A stretch of 45,207 bases of DNA, taken from the IMG/VR virus record IMGVR_UViG_3300022917_000005. The stretch is one strand, 5' to 3'. Below are positions 34,463 to 42,252 of this stretch, one piece after another. Below the pieces are notes generated by a model. That model had not been told where the DNA came from and did not search any database. It saw nothing but the letters and a program-made list of their open reading frames with translations. Made by a program: the position numbers and the translations under genes. The DNA comes from a virus. Positions within the stretch are counted from its first letter, which is position 1; each line of letters begins with the position of its first letter.

Positions 34463-35815
34463 TTACGCGCGCGTCGCGAGCTGGACGAACGGGCTCAGGG
34501 TCGAGCCGCCGTTCTTCGGCGCGATCGCACTCTGGAGCCACGGCCGGCCATCGAGACGCTCGATGACGCGGTACGAGGTGACATCGTTGCCGAACTTGTA
34601 GTGGGGCGAAGTCATCGCCGTCATCGCCATCCGGTCGCCGATCAGGTAATAGCTGAAGTCCACGAAGGAGATGTCCGACTGAGTACCCAGCAAGCCCACC
34701 TTCTCCGTGATGATGACCGGGCGCCCCAGAATGGTCATGGGCGGGCCAGCCGCGCCGTTGTTCAACCAGATGGCCGAGCCACCCGTGCCCACGCTCAGGC
34801 TCATGGTGGCGAGCTGCGTGAACACGTCCGGCGAGATGACCCACACCGCGCGCCCGAGCGACGCGGGGAGCATGCGGGCGTACATCTTCACGATGTTCTC
34901 CCACACGATGGTGGCCGCCGTCTGGCCACCCTCCGCGCCCACCGCGATGACGCTGGGGTTGGTCGCGCTCAGCGCACCCAGGGGCTCACCCTCGCCCGTG
35001 CCGGCGAGGAAGGCTGCATCCTCGTACCATGCCGCCGCCTCCGGGAACGCCTCCGCGAGGAAAGCCTCCAGCGAGATCGCGCTGTCGTCACCCAGCTCGT
35101 TCGGAATGTCGCTGTAGAGCGTGAGCTTCTTGGCGTCCAGCACCACCTTCGAGAAGGTGGGCGAGGAGTCCACCAGCGCGGCAGCCTCCTCCGTCCAGTA
35201 GGCGATGACGCCGCCGAACACGCTCGACGCGTTGGACGTGCTGTCCAGCATCGGGAGCGCCACCCTGGCCGAAGCCATCGGGATTACGCGCGCCCGCGGG
35301 CGAACGATCGCAGTCTCCAGCGCCACGCGCAGCAACTCGCTGCGGAACTCCTCCGGGATCAGGAAGCCGCCATCGCTGGGGACGTTGGAGCTGAGCGCGT
35401 TGCGGAGCTTGCCGATCCGCTCCGCCACCGCTTCCTCGCGGCGATCGGTGCGGTGGTTGATCGTGCCGAAGAAATCCTCCATGCTGGAGAACTCCCCATC
35501 GAGCACGGCGCCGGCAGCCTTGGCGTTGTACGCCGCGCCGGTCTGCTTCATCTCGCGCACGTCGCGCGCGGTGGCAGCAGTCTTCCCCTTGCGGATCTGC
35601 GAACCGGTTTCGCGCTCGAAGCTGGCCAGGCCAGCCTGAAGACGCTCATCCACGATCCGCTCGATGTCCTGTGACTTGTTCGTCGCCGCGGCGTAGTTGT
35701 TCAGGAATTCCACGTACTGGACGGGATCGCCGTAGACCGCATCCATGCGCTTCTTGTCAGAGATCAGCTCCATCAGCTCATCGGAGCTGGTGGGGATGGC
35801 CGTTTTGGTAGCCAT
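34463..35815 (-). CDS. Major capsid protein (HK97-type)
   Basis: 450 aa; strong SD GAGGAGGCAA; N-terminal helical delta-like region; follows the protease. Confidence 0.8.
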   Translation of the reverse strand: MATKTAIPTSSDELMELISDKKRMDAVYGDPVQYVEFLNNYAAATNKSQDIERIVDERLQAGLASFERETGSQIRKGKTAATARDVREMKQTGAAYNAKAAGAVLDGEFSSMEDFFGTINHRTDRREEAVAERIGKLRNALSSNVPSDGGFLIPEEFRSELLRVALETAIVRPRARVIPMASARVALPMLDSTSNASSVFGGVIAYWTEEAAALVDSSPTFSKVVLDAKKLTLYSDIPNELGDDSAISLEAFLAEAFPEAAAWYEDAAFLAGTGEGEPLGALSATNPSVIAVGAEGGQTAATIVWENIVKMYARMLPASLGRAVWVISPDVFTQLATMSLSVGTGGSAIWLNNGAAGPPMTILGRPVIITEKVGLLGTQSDISFVDFSYYLIGDRMAMTAMTSPHYKFGNDVTSYRVIERLDGRPWLQSAIAPKNGGSTLSPFVQLATRA

Positions 35816-35828
35816 AGGGTTTGCCTCC

Positions 35829-36953
35829 TCAGGCTCTCGATGTGCTGTGTGCTAGCGCGACCTTCAAGGCCCACGCTCGATCTTCGTCCCCATCCACATC
35901 TTCTTGCGGAATGCCGTTGTGCTCGCAATTGGGAGCGTCGGGGCACTCGCAGAGCACATCTTCCACAGGCTCGGGGATCACTGGCGCGGGCGCTTCGGCG
36001 CGGCCGGCGAAGTTGAAGGCGGCCAAGGAGAGCCGATTCATGGGGGGCTCCTCCGGACCGGGAACGCTCTCCTCCTCATCGGGGGAGGTGATCTCATCGA
36101 CCAACCCCAGCGCTAGCGCCTCCTGGCCGGTATACCAGGTCTCCGCCTCCATACGCGCCATCCACTCTTCGATGGTGCCGCCGGCCTGAAGGGAGTACAT
36201 GTCCGCGATGTTGTTATCCAGCTTGTCCAGAAGCTCCATCTGCTTCTTGCAATCGCGCTTGTTTCCCCACACGAGCCCGCTGGCTTCGTGAATCATCATG
36301 GTGGCGTTGCGTGCCATCACGATGTTGTCGCCGGCCATGGCGATGAAGGAGGCGGCGCTGGCCGCGATGCCATCGATGTAGACGGTGACGTGCGCCTTGC
36401 TCGCCATGAGCGCACTGTGGATGGCCACGCCGTCGAAAACGTCCCCGCCCGGCGAGTTGATGTGGATGTTCAGCTTTGGCGTGGAGATGGCGTTGAGCTG
36501 CTCCACGAATCCCGCGGCGCTGGTGCCCCAGAAGCCAATCTCATCGTAGATGTAGACCGAAGCCTCTTCGGCGCTCACATTCTCGATCCGGAACCAATCC
36601 GCGGGATAGCTGTCACGGATAACCGGCGCGCGTCGGTTTGCAGTCAACTGCGCGAGAATGGATGCGTTGGACGCGAGGAGGTTGGAAACGTGCGCCGTCA
36701 GCTTGCTCATCGAATCCCCTTGATTCTCCGCACCGCGGCGCTTGACCAACCGCCCACGGCACGAATTGCCAAACTTCGCGCCGATGCAGTCTTTGTACCC
36801 AACTCCGTTGGGATAGTCTTTCCACGCGTCTTCGCGGTTTCGGTAGGTTGTTCCGTCGATTTTGGCGCACGGTTCACATGCATTGTCGTCATCCTCCTCA
36901 ACGGCCACCCACCTGCGTGCCATTATGCATGATCCTTGCAGCGATGCCCGCAC
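35829..36953 (-). CDS. ClpP/S49-like prohead protease with an in-frame N-terminal MuF-like Cys motif
   Basis: IHINSPGGDV...AASAASFIAMAG. The N-terminal 70 aa contain CEPCAKIDGTTY...CIGAKFGNSCRG. Likely start at 36923; an internal SD AAGGGGA plus ATG lies near 36713. Confidence 0.75.
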   Translation of the reverse strand: MRASLQGSCIMARRWVAVEEDDDNACEPCAKIDGTTYRNREDAWKDYPNGVGYKDCIGAKFGNSCRGRLVKRRGAENQGDSMSKLTAHVSNLLASNASILAQLTANRRAPVIRDSYPADWFRIENVSAEEASVYIYDEIGFWGTSAAGFVEQLNAISTPKLNIHINSPGGDVFDGVAIHSALMASKAHVTVYIDGIAASAASFIAMAGDNIVMARNATMMIHEASGLVWGNKRDCKKQMELLDKLDNNIADMYSLQAGGTIEEWMARMEAETWYTGQEALALGLVDEITSPDEEESVPGPEEPPMNRLSLAAFNFAGRAEAPAPVIPEPVEDVLCECPDAPNCEHNGIPQEDVDGDEDRAWALKVALAHSTSRA

Positions 36954-37043
36954 CTCTTGCCACCTGAAGGCGGGGACGCTGGCGCAGTCGATGGACGCGC
37001 GGGACGCATCACCTTCGGAGCCTGCTCCTGGCCGTAGCGCCGC

Positions 37044-37208
37044 TCAGCCATCGCTGCCCTCCACGATCTCCGGACCGCTCTCGCCCACGATGTGCGGCTT
37101 GCCGGGAATGACCGGAGCACGCACGAAGCCAAGGTCACAGACAGGGCAGATGAGCACGCCGTTCTTCTCCGCGCGCACACCACCACAACATGAGCACTTC
37201 CTACGCAT
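37044..37208 (-). CDS. Zinc-ribbon-like 54-aa protein
   Basis: ATGCGTAG overlap with the portal stop. Contains CSCCG...CPVC. Confidence 0.5.
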   Translation of the reverse strand: MRRKCSCCGGVRAEKNGVLICPVCDLGFVRAPVIPGKPHIVGESGPEIVEGSDG

Positions 37209-38481
37209 CCCCGCCCACCTTCTCCTTCGCAGTGCCGGCGCCCGGAGGAGCAACGATCGTGGGGGGCTCCGGCTTCGTGTACTTCAGCGCCGGCAGACCG
37301 AGGTACTCCAGCACGTCCGTTGCCTCGAAACCCTTCTCCGTGAGGAGCGCGAGCGCGGTGGTGCGCGCGGTGATGCCCTGATTCTCCTGCTCGCTGTTCT
37401 TCGGCACGGGGGAGTCGAAGTCCCACTCCAGCCCCTCCGCGGTGTTGCCGTACTGCGGAAGGATCTCGAAGTTGAGGAAGTCGCGCCAGCGATCGAGACG
37501 CTCGCTCACAATCCATTGCTCGAAGAGGTACTCCACGCCCTCCATCGAGGAGCGGTTTACGTCCTCCACGATGCCGAGCATCCCCTTCGGGAATCCCCAC
37601 GCTTCGAGGATGACATCGCGCCCGATCGTGCGCATTTCTGCAAACTGCATCTCGCGGTGCGTGATGGAGTTTGAGACCCACTTGGCGTCAGATTCGAGGA
37701 TGGCCACGCGATGCGCCTTGCTCACACCCTTGTGGTCCTGATCCCATTGCGAGCGCAGGCGATCGAACTCCGTGTCATTCAGGGCAATGGGCACCTGAAT
37801 GACACCACCGGGCTCAGCGCTGTTTTCGAAGAAAGCGGCATTCCACGCGCTGGAATACTTCACGTTGTCGATATCCATGAGAATCGACTGAACCGGCCCC
37901 AAGCCGCGGTAAGGGTCGGTGGGGTTAGGCATCACGATGCGCCCCACCTCGTCAGGCTCCAGCGGCATCGGCACGCCATCCGGCGAGGTGTAGACGTAGC
38001 CCTTGATGAAATCGTACGGATCGGGCGTGATCGTGATGCGATCCGGGCGAACGGGCCACATCTCGATAGGAAGTTTCCATTTCCCGACGTTCGCGTGCGC
38101 GGTGATGAGCGCGTTCTCGCCCACCAGCTCGATGTGCTGCCCTGCCGCCTCCATGAATCTGCGACGATTCATGAATTTGTTCGGCATTTCCCAGAAGTCG
38201 ATGCAAGCGTGCTTCGTAACCTCGGTGCGGTCCTCTTTGAGCCCGCTCGCAGCCTTGCGGTAGAGATGCCAATCCGGCTTGGCAACCGCGGTGGTGATGC
38301 GATTCACGATGGCGAAGACCGTACCCACGGATTCCATCGTTTTCAGCAGGCGATCATCACGGTTGCGCCCGAACAGGCGCAGGAACGGGGAGTTCGATGG
38401 TGCACGCAGCGCGGTGAGCGGAACCGGCGAGCGGTTCACGACTGGCCCGAGGAGACTACGCACTCTCCACCACTTCACCAT
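37201..38481 (-). CDS. Portal protein
   Basis: 426 aa; size and position upstream of the protease and capsid genes. The start may be a downstream GTG (38463). Confidence 0.75.
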   Translation of the reverse strand: MVKWWRVRSLLGPVVNRSPVPLTALRAPSNSPFLRLFGRNRDDRLLKTMESVGTVFAIVNRITTAVAKPDWHLYRKAASGLKEDRTEVTKHACIDFWEMPNKFMNRRRFMEAAGQHIELVGENALITAHANVGKWKLPIEMWPVRPDRITITPDPYDFIKGYVYTSPDGVPMPLEPDEVGRIVMPNPTDPYRGLGPVQSILMDIDNVKYSSAWNAAFFENSAEPGGVIQVPIALNDTEFDRLRSQWDQDHKGVSKAHRVAILESDAKWVSNSITHREMQFAEMRTIGRDVILEAWGFPKGMLGIVEDVNRSSMEGVEYLFEQWIVSERLDRWRDFLNFEILPQYGNTAEGLEWDFDSPVPKNSEQENQGITARTTALALLTEKGFEATDVLEYLGLPALKYTKPEPPTIVAPPGAGTAKEKVGGDA

Positions 38482-38662
38482 CGATGGTGCGAGACGCGAG
38501 GTAAACGGGGGCGCTGATCAATCCGCAAGGAGATCCAACGCCAGAGCCACCGATCATCATGCGCGCGAAGTTGTCATCGAAGTCGCTGTGCATCCGCTGT
38601 GCGTACGTCAGGCCGAACGGGTCGGCAGGGTCGCGCTCAGCGAGGTACTCAGTATCCCTCAT
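38456..38662 (-). CDS. Hypothetical protein (68 aa)
   Basis: ATGA overlap start (MRDTEYLAERDPADPFGL...). Confidence 0.5.
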   Translation of the reverse strand: MRDTEYLAERDPADPFGLTYAQRMHSDFDDNFARMMIGGSGVGSPCGLISAPVYLASRTIDGEVVESA

Positions 38663-38838
38663 CGCCTTGCCCCTCCTGGCCGATCCGGGCCTGTCAACGC
38701 TTCGAGCAGCAGCAGCAGCACGCCGAGCACCGCGAAGCCTGCCACCGTGTGCACCAGGAAGGCGGCCAGGGAGAGGCAGGCAAAGCCGGCGAGCGTGAGA
38801 ACGAGGGTACGCACCGCTGCCAACCGCTCCCACCGCAT
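38659..38838 (-). CDS. Membrane protein (59 aa), possibly leaderless
   Basis: Two hydrophobic helices. TGCTACCAT (extended -10) lies 7 nt upstream of the ATG. Confidence 0.5.
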   Translation of the reverse strand: MRWERLAAVRTLVLTLAGFACLSLAAFLVHTVAGFAVLGVLLLLLEALTGPDRPGGARR

Positions 38839-38865
38839 GATCGTGATGGTAGCACCCGGACAGCG

Positions 38866-38891
38866 AAAAGCCGGCGCACCCGGCGCCGGCT
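38866..38891 (-). terminator. Intrinsic terminator
   Basis: Minus strand reads AGCCGGCGC-CGGGT-GCGCCGGCT followed by TTTCG. Confidence 0.7.
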
Positions 38892-38905
38892 TCCGCTTGT
38901 GATGA

Positions 38906-39034
38906 TCAGACGAGATCGGTGCGTACCCACCCCCTGCCATCGCAGGCAGGGCATTTGAGATCGTTCTTTTTGGTGCGTTCGTTCCACACCTTGCCCTCAC
39001 CCATGCAGTTGGAGCAAGTCTTCGTCTTCGCCAT
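38906..39034 (-). CDS. 42-aa protein with two DnaJ-type CxxCxGxG motifs
   Basis: Encodes MAKTKTCSNCMGEGKVWNERTKKNDLKCPACDGRGWV; ATG after GCGGAAGGCA. Confidence 0.55.
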   Translation of the reverse strand: MAKTKTCSNCMGEGKVWNERTKKNDLKCPACDGRGWVRTDLV

Positions 39035-39050
39035 CAGTTGTGCCTTCCGC

Positions 39051-39209
39051 TCACGAGATCTTCCCCGTCTTGTAGCAGTAGTGACTCTTCGTGTCGCCGT
39101 ACGGAGCGCCGCAACACTTCCCCGGCGCTGGCACTCTTCCCGTAGTGCAGTAGTGCGCCTCGATCCCGCCGTACTCGCGGTCACACTTCAGGCACGGGTG
39201 ACGCTTCAC
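39051..39209 (-). CDS. 52-aa Cys-rich protein
   Basis: GTGA overlap start. Contains CLKC...HYC...CC...HYC. Confidence 0.5.
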   Translation of the reverse strand: MKRHPCLKCDREYGGIEAHYCTTGRVPAPGKCCGAPYGDTKSHYCYKTGKIS

Positions 39210-39349
39210 GAGCGCCCACTCTCCTTACGCGCCTTGATGTTGGCCTTCGCCTGCTGCGCGGCAGCGGCGAGGTAGTTGCGGTCTCCGAGGCTGAGCGGCT
39301 TGCCGGCCGCCTTGCGGGCTCGGATCTGCTCGATACGAGCATCGGTCAT
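39206..39349 (-). CDS. 47-aa helical basic protein
   Basis: ATGA overlap start (MTDARIEQIRARKAAGKPLSLGDRNYL...). Confidence 0.45.
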   Translation of the reverse strand: MTDARIEQIRARKAAGKPLSLGDRNYLAAAAQQAKANIKARKESGRS

Positions 39350-39432
39350 GATCGCTTCCTTCCCTTGCGTTCGGGTGGATCTTCGGGTGGTGTTTCGGGG
39401 GGCGGGGGGTAATCCTCGCCTTCCTTCGCCAT
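39346..39432 (-). CDS. Possible 28-aa Pro/Glu-rich peptide
   Basis: Coupled at both ends but low complexity. Confidence 0.25.
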   Translation of the reverse strand: MAKEGEDYPPPPETPPEDPPERKGRKRS

Positions 39433-39587
39433 CAGTCGTTGTCGGCGCTGTCTGCCTGACCCCACGTCCCGCACGTCCCGCAGCGCTTGTCCGCGGGAGC
39501 GGGGACGTGCCTGCCTGCGCACGACGTGTCGACGTCCGCAGGGTTGGTCGGGGGAACCGGCTGGATGGGGCGTGGCGTCTTCTTCAT
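39432..39587 (-). CDS. Leaderless 51-aa protein with CxxC
   Basis: The ATG at 39587 is 6 nt after the TAGTCT -10 box; encodes MKKTPRPIQ...CGTCGTWGQ. Confidence 0.5.
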   Translation of the reverse strand: MKKTPRPIQPVPPTNPADVDTSCAGRHVPAPADKRCGTCGTWGQADSADND

Positions 39588-39626
39588 ACCACCAGACTAG
39601 CCATGATCAGTCGAGATGTCAACTGG
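39588..39626 (-). promoter_or_regulatory. Leaderless promoter with motif copy
   Basis: TTGACA (39622-17), 17 nt, TAGTCT (39599-94), 6 nt, ATG. Confidence 0.65.
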
Positions 39627-39645
39627 TCTGTGGTAGGCTGTAGGC
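39611..39645 (+). promoter_or_regulatory. Divergent plus-strand leaderless promoter sharing the same palindrome
   Basis: TCGAGA (39611-16), 17 nt, TAGGCT (39634-39), 6 nt, ATG (39646). Confidence 0.45.
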
Positions 39646-39816
39646 ATGACAGAGACCTGCGCAGTAAAGATCCAGAACGAGGGCAACCGCCCGTGCGGCA
39701 AGGCGGTGGTCTACTGCACGGCGAACAGCGAGCGCGGCGAGTATTCCGGGTGGCGCCACGCCGATCCGGCACACGACGTGCCTCACAGTGCCGTACCGAA
39801 ATCCTGGGTGCGCTGA
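39646..39816 (+). CDS. Possible leaderless 56-aa Cys/His protein, antisense to the late operon
   Basis: Encodes MTETCAVKIQNEGNRPCGKAVVYCTANSERGEYSGWRHADPAHDVPH...; converges on the terL stop. Confidence 0.4.
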   Translation: MTETCAVKIQNEGNRPCGKAVVYCTANSERGEYSGWRHADPAHDVPHSAVPKSWVR

Positions 39817-39817
39817 G

Positions 39818-41203
39818 CTACATACGGCGCGCGCGTGGGGCTTGGCGAAGATCGAGGTAGCCGCCCACGTAGCGCGCCGTATCCATGCTGTGATCGTTCA
39901 GCTTCAGGGGCTCATCCGGCGCCGGCTTGTCCTGTGTCGTGCCAGAGCTGTTCGGCTTAGCTTTCCACACATAGCCCGTCACCTCGCCCGCGAAGCCGAT
40001 CGGCAGCGATGCGTCAGTGAGGCGCGGGTCACGCTCCACCAGTGAATCGCGACACACGAAGAGGCGATTCTCCGCCATCCGCTTCTGCATCGCCTGAATG
40101 CCCGGGCTCACGTCTTTAATGGCCGGCACGGTGCGCAGCCCGCTGTGCTTCTCGAAGGTGGCGCGGTCCTCTGCGTCGTGATCCGTGATGATCCAGTCGG
40201 GCTTTGGATACTTCCACGTCTCGCCATCCTGCTTCGTGATGCAGGGCTTGATCTTCTGCTTCCATATGTCCTCCACGAGCATCTGTGTCTGGTAGATCTC
40301 CTTCTCCAGCCACATACGCCCATCCGGATCGATCGCCCACATCTGCCACACGAACGGGTTGACGTACCCGAAGTCAATGCCCCAGATGCGTTGCCAGTCC
40401 TTCGGCAGCACCTTGCGATCCACGAGATGTACGGCGGGATTCCACCGTTCGTAGATGACACCCTCCGCGGCAGCCCATATCCCACCTTGAAGGCGCAACT
40501 TGCGAACGCCCGTCAAATTGTTAAGTTTCTTCAGATATGACTCGCCGCGCTCGGTTGCTTGGCCGGCTGCATCGAACAGGATCGGATTGTCCTGATGCAG
40601 CGAATACAGCATGACTGTCTTACCTTCGTCACATCTGAGCTTGAGCCAGTGATCCGGACCTTCTGGGTTGCAGTCTGCGAGGATCTGCTGAAATGAGATG
40701 CGCCCGTTACGCAGGCGCGAAGTGAGCTTTTCCCAGTCAGTGATGCTCAACTCTGTAGCTTCCTGCACAAAGATCACATCGTACTCAGATGACATGATCT
40801 TCGTGGCGTTGTCCATCCCGCCCACGATGATCTGTGATCCGTTACCGTAGATAAACTGCGCCGGATCCGCGCCCGATCCCCCGTACCACTTCAGCAAGCC
40901 CATTGAGAGCGCTTCTACCGCTACGTGCTGCTTGAACGTCACCAAACCCGTGGATGTGAGGGAGTTGTGAGTCTTGCGCACGATGAGAGCGCGCATCCCG
41001 CGATCGTGGTGCTCGTGCTCGATCTTGCATCCACGCACACACGCGCCGTTCTTCAGGCACATCATGTGGATCTTCCACAGCGCGCCGAAGCTCTTGCCCG
41101 TGCCCGCGGCGCCACAGATCAGCACCTCATCCTCGCGCCGGCTGAACAGCTCACGCGATGCCCCGCGCAGCTCCAGCCGCTTCGTCAGTACGTCGGTAGA
41201 CAT
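39818..41203 (-). CDS. terL: Terminase large subunit
   Basis: 461 aa; Walker A GAAGTGKS; Walker-B-like VIFVQEATE; C-terminal nuclease-size domain. Confidence 0.85.
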   Translation of the reverse strand: MSTDVLTKRLELRGASRELFSRREDEVLICGAAGTGKSFGALWKIHMMCLKNGACVRGCKIEHEHHDRGMRALIVRKTHNSLTSTGLVTFKQHVAVEALSMGLLKWYGGSGADPAQFIYGNGSQIIVGGMDNATKIMSSEYDVIFVQEATELSITDWEKLTSRLRNGRISFQQILADCNPEGPDHWLKLRCDEGKTVMLYSLHQDNPILFDAAGQATERGESYLKKLNNLTGVRKLRLQGGIWAAAEGVIYERWNPAVHLVDRKVLPKDWQRIWGIDFGYVNPFVWQMWAIDPDGRMWLEKEIYQTQMLVEDIWKQKIKPCITKQDGETWKYPKPDWIITDHDAEDRATFEKHSGLRTVPAIKDVSPGIQAMQKRMAENRLFVCRDSLVERDPRLTDASLPIGFAGEVTGYVWKAKPNSSGTTQDKPAPDEPLKLNDHSMDTARYVGGYLDLRQAPRARRM

Positions 41204-41209
41204 GGATCA

Positions 41210-41237
41210 CCCCCGCGCCCATCGTACGGCGCGGGGG
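41210..41237 (-). promoter_or_regulatory. GC hairpin abutting the terL ribosome-binding region
   Basis: CCCCCGCGCC-8 nt-GGCGCGGGGG. The 3' arm ends 6 nt before the terL ATG. Confidence 0.4.
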
Positions 41238-41246
41238 TCGGGTTGA

Positions 41247-41486
41247 TCAGGCGATGCGGTAACCGCCGAGTGAGCGCCGGTTGATGATCAGATCCTGGTC
41301 ACGGGCGCCGTCGCCAACCTCGCGCACCGTGATGGACTTCGGGGAGCCACTCTTGCCCACCAGCGAAATGACCTTCGAGGCACCCATGTGCGGGTACTTG
41401 ACGTCCATCAGGATCGTCCCGATCTCAAGCTGAGCGTCGATGGCGGCAGCGGCGGGGCTGAGTTTCGGAGCTTCGTTCTTCGTCAT
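41247..41486 (-). CDS. Leaderless hypothetical protein (79 aa)
   Basis: ORF track; ATG 6 nt after the TACACT -10 box. Confidence 0.6.
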   Translation of the reverse strand: MTKNEAPKLSPAAAAIDAQLEIGTILMDVKYPHMGASKVISLVGKSGSPKSITVREVGDGARDQDLIINRRSLGGYRIA

Positions 41487-41534
41487 ACCAGAAGTGTAGC
41501 CCCACCCAGTTCAGATGTCAACTGGGTGGGGCTA
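41487..41534 (-). promoter_or_regulatory. Leaderless promoter cassette inside a 38-bp perfect-arm palindrome
   Basis: TTGACA, 17 nt, TACACT, 6 nt, ATG. Arms TAGCCCCACCCAGTT / AACTGGGTGGGGCTA span 41497-41534. Confidence 0.7.
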
Positions 41535-41540
41535 GGTGGA

Positions 41541-41768
41541 TCAGGCCACCCGGTAGAAGCGCCCCGGCATGATCTCCGGGCCGGAGAAAAACAGCTCGTT
41601 CAGGAAGTCGCGCGTCTCGCCGATGATCAGGCCCTTGCGCTCCAGCGAGTCAATCGCGTTACCGTTCGCGCCCGCGAGCTGAAATGCGGTGCGCTCCAGC
41701 TCGCCGGCCGCGGTGAGGATCTCCAGCGCCTTCGCCTGCGTCTTCGGGAGGTTCTGCGTCATCGTCAT
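41541..41768 (-). CDS. Leaderless 75-aa protein, possibly winged-helix-like
   Basis: ORF track. The first 5 codons (MTMTQ) are identical at nucleotide level to those of 43308..43583. Confidence 0.6.
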   Translation of the reverse strand: MTMTQNLPKTQAKALEILTAAGELERTAFQLAGANGNAIDSLERKGLIIGETRDFLNELFFSGPEIMPGRFYRVA

Positions 41769-41807
41769 ACCAGAAGTGTAGCCCCACTCAGTTCAGATGT
41801 CAACTGG
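41769..41807 (-). promoter_or_regulatory. Leaderless promoter cassette
   Basis: The 46 nt upstream of the ATG differ at 1 position from cassette 41487-41525. Confidence 0.7.
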
Positions 41808-41957
41808 CTACCAGCGAGGCAGGCGAGAGATCAAATACAGCAGTGCGCCGGCCAGGGGAGCAACCCCCTGAGACAAGCCCGCATCCCGAATCTTCTCGAT
41901 GAGGCGGGCTGCCTCGCGCTCAGCCCCGGTCGTTGAACGTGCCCGCCTGCTTGTCAC
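41808..41957 (-). CDS. Possible 49-aa tail-anchored peptide (paralog of the post-terS extension)
   Basis: GTG start; ends ...GLSQGVAPLAGALLYLISRLPRW*. Differs from 42193..42261 mainly at synonymous positions. Confidence 0.35.
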   Translation of the reverse strand: MTSRRARSTTGAEREAARLIEKIRDAGLSQGVAPLAGALLYLISRLPRW

Positions 41958-42153
41958 TGGCTTTCCGCCAGCCGTTTCCACGGCGGTTGTTTATGTTACC
42001 GAAAAGCCGAAACTCGATGCGGGTCTCGGTAACCTCGCGCATCGATGCGCCACCGTCTACCTGGACCATGTGACGATACGTATTCCGGTACGCTTCACGG
42101 CTGGTTCCGTCCGCCATCTCGACCGTGCCCTTGATGCTCTCCATCAGCTTCAT
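41920..42153 (-). CDS. Leaderless hypothetical protein (77 aa)
   Basis: ORF track; ATG 6 nt after the TACGCT -10 box. Confidence 0.6.
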   Translation of the reverse strand: MKLMESIKGTVEMADGTSREAYRNTYRHMVQVDGGASMREVTETRIEFRLFGNINNRRGNGWRKASDKQAGTFNDRG

Positions 42154-42192
42154 ACCAACAGCGTAGTCTTACCCAGTTCAGATGTCAACTGG
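42154..42192 (-). promoter_or_regulatory. Leaderless promoter cassette
   Basis: TTGACA, 17 nt, TACGCT, 6 nt, ATG. Confidence 0.65.
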
Positions 42193-42252
42193 TTACCAGC
42201 GAGGAAGCCGAGAAATCAAGTACAGCAGTGCGCCGGCCAGGAGAGCAATCCC

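Noticed and set aside
38906-39184. The 92-aa ORF-track ORF taken as a single gene.
   Set aside because: Its N-terminal two thirds are Arg/Thr/Ala-rich off-frame-like sequence. An overlapping frame encodes a Cys-rich 52-aa protein with GTGA coupling, and the conserved-looking part starts at the internal ATG at 39034, which follows an SD.
41487-42192. A CRISPR-like array, because a roughly 20-bp repeat recurs about every 280-385 bp.
   Set aside because: The repeats are too few and too widely spaced. The intervening segments are intact ORFs, and the repeats contain -35/-10 promoter hexamers positioned on start codons.
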